From: a virus
Lineage: Duplodnaviria > Caudoviricetes
Virus record (IMG/VR): IMGVR_UViG_3300020381_000021
Location: 1 to 36,846 of that record
DNA length: 36,846 nucleotides
Strand: one strand, 5' to 3'
How positions within the stretch are numbered: position 1 is the first letter of the stretch; each line of letters starts with the position of its first letter. The position numbers and the translations under genes were made by a program. Positions 9,709 through 18,502 of this stretch are shown here, piece by piece. The notes beneath the pieces were generated by a model that saw only the letters and a program-made list of their open reading frames with translations, did no database searches and had not been told where the DNA came from.

Positions 9709-11993
9709 TAGTATCCTCCTCCATATCCACCACCACCTGAAGGTGGAGCACTTGGTGGTGGACTACTTGGTGGTGTAGTATCTGTATTATTTGTCATTGT
9801 TGATGTAGGAGTTATAATTGGTTGGTCTGTGGTAACTTGTTGAGTTGATGTGGATGCTGTGCTAACATTATTTGTTGGGAAACTTTGTTCTGGAGTATCG
9901 TATATTATTTGATGTGGTATTGAAGTATGTACGGCACCCACCATTTTTTCTCCTGTTTTAGGGTGTAAATGATAAGGTCCATAATATGATTTACCATTAA
10001 CATATCCTATTATTTGATTAGTTTCAGGTCCAACACAATCTATGACCTGAATAATTTCTCCTTGTGGTGTGAGTGGTAGTCTACCAATAATTGGTTTTAT
10101 TAATGCACCTGTTCCAGTTGAAGAAGACACAATTATTCTAGGTAGTTCAGTTATACGTATATTATTTATCGGTGTTGCAGAAATAATTTTCCCATTTTCG
10201 ATTGTTAAGTTATATCCATCAGCAAATGCATCGATATATCCTTGTCCACCATCTGTTATTTTAGTACCAACAACACCTACAGGAATTTCATCAGAATTTA
10301 TAATCTCATCAGTATTTACACTCGGATAATTTTCACCATCAGATATAATATCAACACCTATAATTTGTCCATGGGTAGATGAATTTGGATCATAATCAAC
10401 AATCGCTCTACCAATAGCACCATATCCTTGTCTACATGGATCTTCAAAACTTACAACAGGAGGAGTTGAAAAATATGATGAACCAGGATCTGTAATTTCT
10501 ACACCAATAATACTTGCAGTTCTACTTAGATCTGCAGTGACATCAGATAATCCATCTGTATTATCTACAATTCCACCCAATATTATCCTACCAAATCCAC
10601 CAATACCATCACCACCAAAGAAACTGACAGTTGGAGGTCCGCAAAAAGTTTTAGATGCACAATCTGGTTTTGTTATAGGACCACTATTAGCACCGAGTGT
10701 ATCTGCAATATTCATATTTTTCAAGACATTATCATAAGCATCTTGCAAATCAAAAGTTCTCGCAGGACCATATCCAAGAGTAAATTTCTTAACCTGTCCC
10801 ACACATTTACCATCACTTTGATTACAATCTATGAGTCCTCCAATAGATTTAAATGTATTAGAAGAACTTCGAAGGAAATCCTGAACTTTAAAAGCTTTTG
10901 GAACGATCTCACTCAATCCAGCAAGTGGTGCATCAAGTGCATCAGATATATCATTTGTAATTCCATTTAATAATGATCCAGCAAGTTGTTCTGTAATGCA
11001 AAATCCAGTATCTACCACTTCAAGAACTGCAGATTCAATCATCCCTCTAATAGTCTCTCCCAAACCAGCAACAATTTTACCTGGCAAACAATTTAAATCA
11101 CCTTGAAGAGATGCCACTTTTGATATTTGAGCTTTTTGTGCTTCAATACCAGCTAATGATGCAAGAGAACTATTTTGAGTCGCAGCAAAAACAGTTCCAT
11201 AAGTTTTATCATATAAAGATTGTAATCCACCTTGAAGTTCTGGAATCATTTTAGAATATGCAGATTCCATCATTGTTGAAACTGCACTATTTGATAGATT
11301 TTGTATTTTTTTAGTTACATTTGCAACATCTAATAAAAAATCTGTGCCCTCACCTGCGACTGACAATAAATTATCTAAACTTGCAGATACCTTTCCTATA
11401 AAATTATCGGCACAAGCATCAGCAGGTATTTCTGCTTTTCCAAAAGTAGATGATACTGATATATTATCTTCACCTTCACCTACTTTTCTTGTGACAGGAG
11501 ATTTTTGTGCTGTTGTCGTTGTATCACCAGATTCATCAGCTTTCAATGTTCCATTTGGTACTGGTATTTTATCGGTGTATCCTGTGAATGGTATAAATCC
11601 AATAGATTCGGATGGTAAATCTTGTAGGACATCATTTGTTCTTGAAAAAGAACCTAATATTATGGGTTGTTGTGCTGTTTCACCATCAAGAAAAAATCCT
11701 ATTACTACATCACCTGGTCTTAACATAACAGATTTTGAAAAATTTGATGCACCTGTTCCTGATGTAGAAGGGAGCATAATATTTGCCCAAGGTAAATCCT
11801 CATCTGCTAAGTCTGCTTTTGAGAAAGGATGATATCCCATAATACGGACTTTGAGACGATTACCCCAAGAGTCAACATCTTTCTTTGGTGCAAGTTGCTC
11901 ACCCTGAACATTTGCAGGTGCGATTTGACCCACCCACCAACGGAAACCATCTTTTCCTACAAAATTAGTTTTTAAAAGTGATTCATCTATCAT
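9708..11993 (-). CDS. gp5: Baseplate hub/central spike protein gp5 (N-terminal OB-fold; no recognisable lysozyme domain)
   Basis: FVGKDGFRWWVGQI...RLKVRIMGYHP...LPWANIMLP...GDVVIGFFLDGETAQQPIILGS is the T4 gp5 OB-fold signature. Confidence 0.85.
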   Translation of the reverse strand: MIDESLLKTNFVGKDGFRWWVGQIAPANVQGEQLAPKKDVDSWGNRLKVRIMGYHPFSKADLADEDLPWANIMLPSTSGTGASNFSKSVMLRPGDVVIGFFLDGETAQQPIILGSFSRTNDVLQDLPSESIGFIPFTGYTDKIPVPNGTLKADESGDTTTTAQKSPVTRKVGEGEDNISVSSTFGKAEIPADACADNFIGKVSASLDNLLSVAGEGTDFLLDVANVTKKIQNLSNSAVSTMMESAYSKMIPELQGGLQSLYDKTYGTVFAATQNSSLASLAGIEAQKAQISKVASLQGDLNCLPGKIVAGLGETIRGMIESAVLEVVDTGFCITEQLAGSLLNGITNDISDALDAPLAGLSEIVPKAFKVQDFLRSSSNTFKSIGGLIDCNQSDGKCVGQVKKFTLGYGPARTFDLQDAYDNVLKNMNIADTLGANSGPITKPDCASKTFCGPPTVSFFGGDGIGGFGRIILGGIVDNTDGLSDVTADLSRTASIIGVEITDPGSSYFSTPPVVSFEDPCRQGYGAIGRAIVDYDPNSSTHGQIIGVDIISDGENYPSVNTDEIINSDEIPVGVVGTKITDGGQGYIDAFADGYNLTIENGKIISATPINNIRITELPRIIVSSSTGTGALIKPIIGRLPLTPQGEIIQVIDCVGPETNQIIGYVNGKSYYGPYHLHPKTGEKMVGAVHTSIPHQIIYDTPEQSFPTNNVSTASTSTQQVTTDQPIITPTSTMTNNTDTTPPSSPPPSAPPSGGGGYGGGY

Positions 11994-13331
11994 TTAATTT
12001 CCCCCATATAATCCAAATGTATCTCTAACTAATGTCATGGATGTGAATGATCTTTTTGCCTCAAAATGATGGCACAATTCTTTTATCATGTACTTACCAC
12101 TTGTTTCAGTATCTATTTCATTTTTATCTTCTCTTGATATTTTAGGAAATTCGCAAGTAATGACATCACCAGCTTTCAAGTCTGTATTACAAGGAACCAT
12201 CATACTCACAGATTGTGTCATCAATAAATTATATCTAACAATATTTTGCCCTTGATATTTTTCAGCACCGTAATTTGTGTCTTTAGATATTGTCGTTCCT
12301 GCACCGACATCAACAATTTGAGATATAGCTCTTGTCGGAAGTTGATCTAAAGTTTGACTTGAATCATCAGATATTTTTGGTAATTCTAGATCTCTACCAA
12401 GATTTTTTATACCTTCTTTTGCCCCATAATTATATTTTGTTTGTGAAAAACCTAATGTTAATGGATTAAATGCTAATCTCACAAATGAGTATGTTCCCAT
12501 TCTTAAATTTTCAATTAGATTTTGATTCTTATCTACACTATATTGTAGAATTTTATAATCATTATTTCTAGTCGTTGAGCTCTCATTCACATCTGTATAT
12601 CTATATGTTGCTTTCGAAGGTTCCTTAATTAAAGAATCAATGGATGCAAATTTAAATCCATCTTGATTTTGAAAAAACACAAATCCAGCTGTTGCATCTT
12701 TTGAAACATCAGGAACTGATTTAGATGCTAATGTAATTAATGTTGAGAAAGGTTTTCTTAAATTACCAATAAAATCATATGATCCTCTTGTATTTTCTAT
12801 TGTATATCTTGATTCATCCATCATTAAAACATCTTTTAATATTTTAGTTACAGAACTACTAATTGTTCCGTTATATCTTTTCATTACTCTGGTAGTTTCA
12901 TTCGTAATTGCCTCTCTTGACACCAAATTAAGTAAAAAACTTTCCCTTTGTGTCTCCTGAAGAACCTGAGTAATACTTGACACATACAAATATTTTTTAG
13001 GATCAGATGAAAAATCAAGTCCAGTTTTATCATCACCTTTAAATGTTTTACCTTGATCTAAAATTTTCATAACTAATCTTTCACCACCACGAAGAGGAAG
13101 TCCATTGTAAATTGATTGTTTAGGACCGTCGGTTTTCTTTGGATCTTGAGGATCTTTAGGTGAAATACTATCACCTGTGTTTATTACTCTAATTTTAGCA
13201 GTAACTGTAGGTGAAAGAATATCCTCATAGTAATCAACAGAAACAATACCTGCCTTTAGATCAGCGGTTCTCTCCTGATCATTTGATTCAATGAATAATT
13301 CTTCAAAACTAGCTGCTTCTGATGCTGACAT
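11994..13331 (-). CDS. Putative baseplate hub protein (T4 gp27 / P2 gpD-like)
   Basis: Lies immediately upstream of gp5. Motifs YYEDILSPTVTA, FVFFQNQDGFKFASID and C-terminal LKAGDVI...SGKYMIKELCHHF...MTLVRD resemble hub proteins. Confidence 0.6.
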   Translation of the reverse strand: MSASEAASFEELFIESNDQERTADLKAGIVSVDYYEDILSPTVTAKIRVINTGDSISPKDPQDPKKTDGPKQSIYNGLPLRGGERLVMKILDQGKTFKGDDKTGLDFSSDPKKYLYVSSITQVLQETQRESFLLNLVSREAITNETTRVMKRYNGTISSSVTKILKDVLMMDESRYTIENTRGSYDFIGNLRKPFSTLITLASKSVPDVSKDATAGFVFFQNQDGFKFASIDSLIKEPSKATYRYTDVNESSTTRNNDYKILQYSVDKNQNLIENLRMGTYSFVRLAFNPLTLGFSQTKYNYGAKEGIKNLGRDLELPKISDDSSQTLDQLPTRAISQIVDVGAGTTISKDTNYGAEKYQGQNIVRYNLLMTQSVSMMVPCNTDLKAGDVITCEFPKISREDKNEIDTETSGKYMIKELCHHFEAKRSFTSMTLVRDTFGLYGGN

Positions 13332-13334
13332 ATA

Positions 13335-14603
13335 TTAAAATAGAGATAAGGCAAATTGATCTTTAAGACTATTGTCTTCTTCAATCACAATAGATCTACC
13401 TTTAGATCCCATTCCTCCCTGTGATTGAGACTGACCACCTTTATTTCCAACAATCATTACAGTATTTTTAGATTTTCTTTCTGGTGTAATTGTGGTCGTA
13501 CTCACTATTTTTTTAGATTTACTAATATTTAACGCATCACCAGTTTTTGATACTGAACTATTTACTGTAGAACCAGATGTTCCACCAGTTTTTGTGGAAT
13601 TTTTAATTTTTTCAGATCCACCAGAAGACCCACCAGAAGCATCTGTATTACTTGGTTTAGGAGTTGGTCTTTTTGTTCTACCCTGAGCTCCTCCCATTGG
13701 TTTTTGAATTTTAATATCAATTCCACCTTTCATATCTGGTCTATTACCTCTTTGTCCACTTACCTGTGGACTTGGTTTTTCATCACTTTCTTTAGTGACA
13801 GTTGATTGAACTTGCTCAGTTAGATTAGCATTTTCAGGACCTACAATATCAACACCTGTTCCCGCTTTTTCAATTGTTTTTATTGTATCATTAAACTCCT
13901 CAGATTTTGATGCCATAGTTTTTTGAACATCACTGACACTTGATTTAAGTTCTTTATCCTTTAAATCTTTATCTGTCAATTCTCGATTGATTTCTTTTTT
14001 TACTTTTTTCTTCTTCAATCCAAGAAAACTTTTCACACCATCTAAAAGTTTATCCTTTATACCATTAAATGCATCTTTTAGTTTTCCAAATGCTCCCTTA
14101 ATTGTATCTCCAATATCATTAAAATTTAAGTTTGATATGGTATCAAAAGCTTTTCCAATCACTTTACCAATGGATTTAAAAAATCCAATCACACCATCAA
14201 AGAATTCCTTGAATTTATCTACAATATCACGAATTACTTTGATTACTTTTTTAATAAAATCAATAATTTGAGGTAATTTATTAACTATAAACCCAACCAA
14301 AAGTATTTGAATGAGAGATATTAATCTTTCTAATGGTCCTTTTCCAGATCCCGTTGATTTTTGTTGCTCTCCCTTTTTTTGAGATTTTTCTTGTTCTAAA
14401 AGAGATTCTTTTTCCTGTCTTTTTTTTCTCTCCTCCCTAAATTTTTCGAATCTTTCAGAGGTTGCTCTAAGTCTTTTCTTAATTTTAATATTTTTCTGTA
14501 CAGATTTTGTTAATCTCTTACTACTTTTAGCGACACCCTTCATCGCACCTGCAGACTTAGATGCTATTTTTGCTCCTATTTTTAAAACTGCTGATGCTGC
14601 CAT
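13335..14603 (-). CDS. Tape-measure-like protein (Lys-rich coiled coil plus hydrophobic segment)
   Basis: Helical, charged N-terminus, hydrophobic LISLIQILLVGFIV segment, amphipathic F/I-K repeats; located in the hub module. Confidence 0.55.
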   Translation of the reverse strand: MAASAVLKIGAKIASKSAGAMKGVAKSSKRLTKSVQKNIKIKKRLRATSERFEKFREERKKRQEKESLLEQEKSQKKGEQQKSTGSGKGPLERLISLIQILLVGFIVNKLPQIIDFIKKVIKVIRDIVDKFKEFFDGVIGFFKSIGKVIGKAFDTISNLNFNDIGDTIKGAFGKLKDAFNGIKDKLLDGVKSFLGLKKKKVKKEINRELTDKDLKDKELKSSVSDVQKTMASKSEEFNDTIKTIEKAGTGVDIVGPENANLTEQVQSTVTKESDEKPSPQVSGQRGNRPDMKGGIDIKIQKPMGGAQGRTKRPTPKPSNTDASGGSSGGSEKIKNSTKTGGTSGSTVNSSVSKTGDALNISKSKKIVSTTTITPERKSKNTVMIVGNKGGQSQSQGGMGSKGRSIVIEEDNSLKDQFALSLF

Positions 14604-14604
14604 G

Positions 14605-15963
14605 TTATACTAAAACGTTATATTGGGTTTTTGAATATAATGTAAAATTATTATCAGAATTTGATGCAGATATATTTGGTAATGATGTAGCCATACCTTT
14701 TCCACCAGAAGTTCCGACTGAACCACCACCCACATTCGTAGTTGCATCCACAATATTTGGAGGTGCTTCATTAAGTGTAGAAACACTCACTTTTTTATTA
14801 GGATTAGAATTTATTTTAGGAGATGCCGTCATACCATTAATTTGTGCTTCATACTTCTCTCTTATTACTTTTTTTTCTTTATCCATTGCGTCACTGAATG
14901 TACCATCTCTTAAAGACTTTTTACTAGCATTTTCTCTCAATTCACTCTCCGCTGCTTTCATATCAGCTCTCATATTATCTCTTACACCTATTACTTTATC
15001 TCTTTTCATAATATAATTTGCAACTATTTCTTTTTGTTCTGGTGTTCCTACCTTTTCTACAGTTTTTTTACTCGAAGATCCACCTTGACTCTTTGTATCC
15101 CCAACAAAAAACTTTTCATCTTTACCTGTACCTGTTACCGTAATACCAGCTTCTGTTAGAGGACCTTTAAGATCATCAAATTTTTGCTGAAATTTACTAC
15201 CACCAGCGAGTTTGGTTGAAGCAGCATCAACACCCTTTTTCATAGCAAACAACACACCAACTCCCGCTGCCAGTCCAAGAGCGATCAATCCTGCTGGACT
15301 TGCCAGAAATCCCAGTATCGCACCACCAATAGAAATAACAGCACTTACCACACCAGATATAATACCAGGTAATGCTAGTAAACCACCATTTAAAGCAAGA
15401 AATATACCACCAACCACTGCGACTGACTTAATTATCGTATTTCTCATCTTTTTGAAGGTTTCAGTATCACCAGACATTTGTGCCTGAATCATTTTAATTC
15501 CTTTATTTGCTATGAATCCACCAAAAAGTGCCATAAAAGCATCAGCTAATCTACCTAATACACCCTTAACAGTTTTACCAACTGCCTCTACAGGTTTAAG
15601 CAGAGTTTTACTTATTGATTTACCAACACCTTCTAAAAGTCCTTCTTTTTTCTTAGATTTATCTTTCTCATCTTTTAATATCTGTTTTCTTTGTGCTTCC
15701 CTCTGTATTGACTTTTCTCTCTCAGCGTCATTTACTAATATCTGAGAAACTCGATTAGTGTTTAATATGACAACATTTTTTAATAATACTATTTCTCTTG
15801 AGTTTTTTTGTATTTGCTTGGCAAGAGGATCTGATCCCTCTCTATTAAAAACTTTATTTGCATTTATTTTTCTTCTCTTTAAAATAGGGCTACCACCAAC
15901 ACCACCACCTCGCATTGAAGACATCTTATTATTAAAATTTTCAAATGCTGGAGAATTATCCAT
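14605..15963 (-). CDS. Tape-measure-like protein (gp29 position) with transmembrane-like segments
   Basis: Coiled coil followed by long Gly/Ala-rich hydrophobic stretches; directly downstream of gp26/gp51. Confidence 0.6.
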   Translation of the reverse strand: MDNSPAFENFNNKMSSMRGGGVGGSPILKRRKINANKVFNREGSDPLAKQIQKNSREIVLLKNVVILNTNRVSQILVNDAEREKSIQREAQRKQILKDEKDKSKKKEGLLEGVGKSISKTLLKPVEAVGKTVKGVLGRLADAFMALFGGFIANKGIKMIQAQMSGDTETFKKMRNTIIKSVAVVGGIFLALNGGLLALPGIISGVVSAVISIGGAILGFLASPAGLIALGLAAGVGVLFAMKKGVDAASTKLAGGSKFQQKFDDLKGPLTEAGITVTGTGKDEKFFVGDTKSQGGSSSKKTVEKVGTPEQKEIVANYIMKRDKVIGVRDNMRADMKAAESELRENASKKSLRDGTFSDAMDKEKKVIREKYEAQINGMTASPKINSNPNKKVSVSTLNEAPPNIVDATTNVGGGSVGTSGGKGMATSLPNISASNSDNNFTLYSKTQYNVLV

Positions 15964-16135
15964 TACTTTGTTGTTTTTGTTTTAAATTTTCCTCTTCAAT
16001 ATATTGTTCTAAAAGAGCAATATATACATCCTTTTCCCATGGTATCATGTTTTCAATCTCAGTTAATGAATATTTATGGTGCTGCATCAAGGCAAAGTTG
16101 ATCTTATAGTATGACTCTAAACTTGCATGAGCCAT
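15956..16135 (-). CDS. gp51: Baseplate hub assembly catalyst gp51 (59 aa; missed by the ORF track)
   Basis: Hand translation MAHASLESYYKINFALMQHHKYSLTEIENMIPWEKDVYIALLEQYIEEENLKQKQQSNG*; matches the short cyanophage gp51 pattern. Confidence 0.85.
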   Translation of the reverse strand: MAHASLESYYKINFALMQHHKYSLTEIENMIPWEKDVYIALLEQYIEEENLKQKQQSNG

Positions 16136-16137
16136 AC

Positions 16138-16857
16138 CTACTCGAAAAAAGACGATAACCCTTCTAAGACAATATCACTTTTTACCTTTGTTTCTGGATT
16201 GGTCACTTTAACAGTATGAGACAATTTAGGCATGGTATCAAAGAAATTTTCAATTTCTTTAAATTGTTTTGAATTTAATTGATCTAAAAAATCAATCATC
16301 TCCTTTTTTGTACAATCCGCAGATGTCCAAGATTCTTCTTCATTGTATATTTGATCAATACATGAAATAATTAGATCAAATGACTCCTGAACTCCAATAC
16401 CACCAGTCAAATCAAAATTACTTTTTATGAATTCTGATAAAGAGGGATATTTCATTCTCAATATCAAATTATCGTCTAATTTAATATCTTTATTATGATC
16501 AGGATGTTTTTGAATTTTTATTTCATCAAGTGGAATCATTACAGGAACTTGTGTTTTTTCATCATCAGGACATGTAATAAGAACTTCTACATTCTCACCA
16601 ACAGATTTTCCTCTTATATTTAAGAAAAGATATTCAATATCAAAAGTAGATAATTTATCAACTTTGATACCTCTTGTTATTATACAATTATTAATTACAG
16701 ATTTGATAGCGTTAGTTATCTGCTTCTGATCTTCAGATTCCATCGCAATAATCAGAATTTTCTCTTCTTTAACTAAAAATGGTCGATATTTTATTTTTCG
16801 ATCAGAAGAAGGAAGAACCAACTCATATGTTGGTGTTGCAATTTTTGGTAATGGCAT
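16138..16857 (-). CDS. gp26: Baseplate hub assembly protein gp26
   Basis: MPLPKIATPTYEL.LPS...KYRPFLVKEEKIL...FDIEYLFLNIRGKSVGE...LEGLSSFF; T4 gp26 family. Confidence 0.9.
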   Translation of the reverse strand: MPLPKIATPTYELVLPSSDRKIKYRPFLVKEEKILIIAMESEDQKQITNAIKSVINNCIITRGIKVDKLSTFDIEYLFLNIRGKSVGENVEVLITCPDDEKTQVPVMIPLDEIKIQKHPDHNKDIKLDDNLILRMKYPSLSEFIKSNFDLTGGIGVQESFDLIISCIDQIYNEEESWTSADCTKKEMIDFLDQLNSKQFKEIENFFDTMPKLSHTVKVTNPETKVKSDIVLEGLSSFFE

Positions 16858-16882
16858 AATGTTTATAGCACTTCAGTATCTT

Positions 16883-16890
16883 TATTTATA
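16883..16890 (-). promoter_or_regulatory. T4-type late promoter TATAAATA upstream of gp26
   Basis: Exact TATAAATA on the minus strand about 25 nt before the gp26 ATG. Confidence 0.8.
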
Positions 16891-16915
16891 GCACTTTTTT
16901 GAAATCCTGACAGAG

Positions 16916-16955
16916 CAAAAATTTACGGAGTTTTTTTTGCCCGATTTTTGGAATT
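16916..16955. repeat. A/T-tract intergenic element, copy 1
   Basis: caaaaatttacggagttttttttgcccgatttttggaatt; aligns with 25702-25741. Confidence 0.6.
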
Positions 16956-16971
16956 AAAAGTTCATTTTTGT

Positions 16972-17643
16972 TTATAAAATAGCTAATCCTGAACGAAGAT
17001 TCTCACTTCTTCCTCTATTAAATGATAGACTTGTTTCCTCACCTGCAATATATCTTTCATAACTAAATGTCACACTTGCTCTTAACACATCAGAACTCCC
17101 ATATTGTACTGGTGTAGATGAGAAGTTAATTGGAAATAGTCCAAAGAAAGTGTACTCGATTTCTGAACGATAATCAATATTGAACTTTACAATTTTTGTT
17201 TTGTCACATTTATATCCTGAGTTTCCACGAGGATATCTCATACGATAGAAGTAACCTAGATCTCTTTTATCAATAATAGTATTTTTTTCAGAACCACTTG
17301 CAATATAATCTATCCAATGCTCAAATAATTTAATCATCTTATAGTCTTTATCGACATAAAATTCTAATGTTAATTCTGTAAATATTCTTGAGTGTGCAAA
17401 CTTTTCTTGAACACCAGTGAAGTTACCAAAGACATCAGTTGTACCTAGTGAACTACCAGGTATTGATGCAGAACTACATAAAAGTCCAGCATTTTCTGTA
17501 ATAAATCTTTTATTAACTCCTTTATCTCCAAGAAATCTAAAAAGAGATGATGACAACCCATCAAAAAACACCTGATAATGAGATGTTTGTGCTACATTTG
17601 TCAGTATTGGTTTTATATCAGATATTTTCTTAGGACGAACCAT
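16972..17643 (-). CDS. Tail tube-fold baseplate protein (gp54/gp19-like tube initiator)
   Basis: LCSSASIPG...LTLEFYVD...FEHWIDYI...FPINFSSTPVQYG...VTFSYE is the tail-tube fold pattern; divergent from gp4. Confidence 0.7.
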   Translation of the reverse strand: MVRPKKISDIKPILTNVAQTSHYQVFFDGLSSSLFRFLGDKGVNKRFITENAGLLCSSASIPGSSLGTTDVFGNFTGVQEKFAHSRIFTELTLEFYVDKDYKMIKLFEHWIDYIASGSEKNTIIDKRDLGYFYRMRYPRGNSGYKCDKTKIVKFNIDYRSEIEYTFFGLFPINFSSTPVQYGSSDVLRASVTFSYERYIAGEETSLSFNRGRSENLRSGLAIL

Positions 17644-17681
17644 CTAAATACTTTATATTTTATCTTATATCTATTTAGATG
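17641..17681. promoter_or_regulatory. Divergent late-promoter pair (TCTAAATA on each strand)
   Basis: CATCTAAATA (17641-17650) and TATTTAGATG (17672-17681) form a perfect inverted repeat. Each half contains a late-promoter-like CTAAATA and the opposite gene's start codon. Confidence 0.65.
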
Positions 17682-18119
17682 TCATATAAGGGAAGATATA
17701 GACCATCTAATCCAAAAAAGTATAAGGGTAACCCATCAAATATAATTTATCGGTCACTCTGGGAAAGAAAGTTCATGGTCTATTGTGACAACAATACTAA
17801 AATACTTGAATGGGGAAGTGAAGAAATAGTCCTACCTTACCGATCACCTATTGATAATAAAGTACATCGTTATTTTCCAGACTTTTATATTAAAGTTAGA
17901 GAATTCAATGGTAATATCAAAAGATATATTATTGAAATCAAACCTAAGAAACAGACAGTAGAACCAAAGATGAAGAAGAGAAAAACAAAGGGATATATTT
18001 ACGAAGTCTATGAATATGCAAAAAATCAAGCAAAATGGAAAGCAGCAGAAGAATTTTGTAAGGATCGTATGTGGGAGTTTAAAGTATTAACGGAAGACGA
18101 ATTAGGTATCAAGAAATGA
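17679..18119 (+). CDS. gp4: Head completion protein gp4 (TnsA-like nuclease fold)
   Basis: Y.G.YRPSNPKKYKGNP.NIIYRSLWERKFM.YCD...WGSEE...YFPDF...IEIKP...NQAKWKAA; T4 gp4 family. Confidence 0.92.
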   Translation: MSYKGRYRPSNPKKYKGNPSNIIYRSLWERKFMVYCDNNTKILEWGSEEIVLPYRSPIDNKVHRYFPDFYIKVREFNGNIKRYIIEIKPKKQTVEPKMKKRKTKGYIYEVYEYAKNQAKWKAAEEFCKDRMWEFKVLTEDELGIKK

Positions 18120-18493
18120 ACAGTTATCCAACTGACGACAATGAAAATCGTGTAAGATCTGTAGTAGATTCACTCATTGGTACAGAAAACCCTGATGATA
18201 TAATGATTGAGTTAATGGATAATTTGGGTACGACAGTCACATCATCTCCAAGTGCTGGAAAATATTATGTATTTGTATACAGTGCTAAAACTCCTAACAT
18301 ACAATATGACTCTAATCCATTAGTTGCGGTTACTGATGTATTTGAATGGGGTTTTCGTGGTATCAATCTACACGTCGGTCAATATCGAAATTACACCTAC
18401 AATGAACTAATTGGGCAACTATACGAAGTCAACTCGGATGAGTTGGCAGATGTAAGAGAGTTACCTTTTGTAAATATCATGCTAAATAACTAA
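18116..18493 (+). CDS. gp2: DNA end protector gp2-like protein (short form)
   Basis: GKYYVFVYSAKT...YD.NPLV......GFRGINLH resembles the T4 gp2 core; adjacent to gp4. Confidence 0.65.
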   Translation: MNSYPTDDNENRVRSVVDSLIGTENPDDIMIELMDNLGTTVTSSPSAGKYYVFVYSAKTPNIQYDSNPLVAVTDVFEWGFRGINLHVGQYRNYTYNELIGQLYEVNSDELADVRELPFVNIMLNN

Positions 18494-18502
18494 AAAACAA
18501 TA

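Noticed and set aside
4403-15985. Numerous plus-strand ORFs overlapping structural genes
   Set aside because: They are antisense mirrors of long minus-strand genes and show no protein-family motifs.
17679-18119. TnsA-like nuclease as a transposon or homing endonuclease
   Set aside because: Sequence and synteny identify it as core head-completion protein gp4; no terminal repeats were seen.
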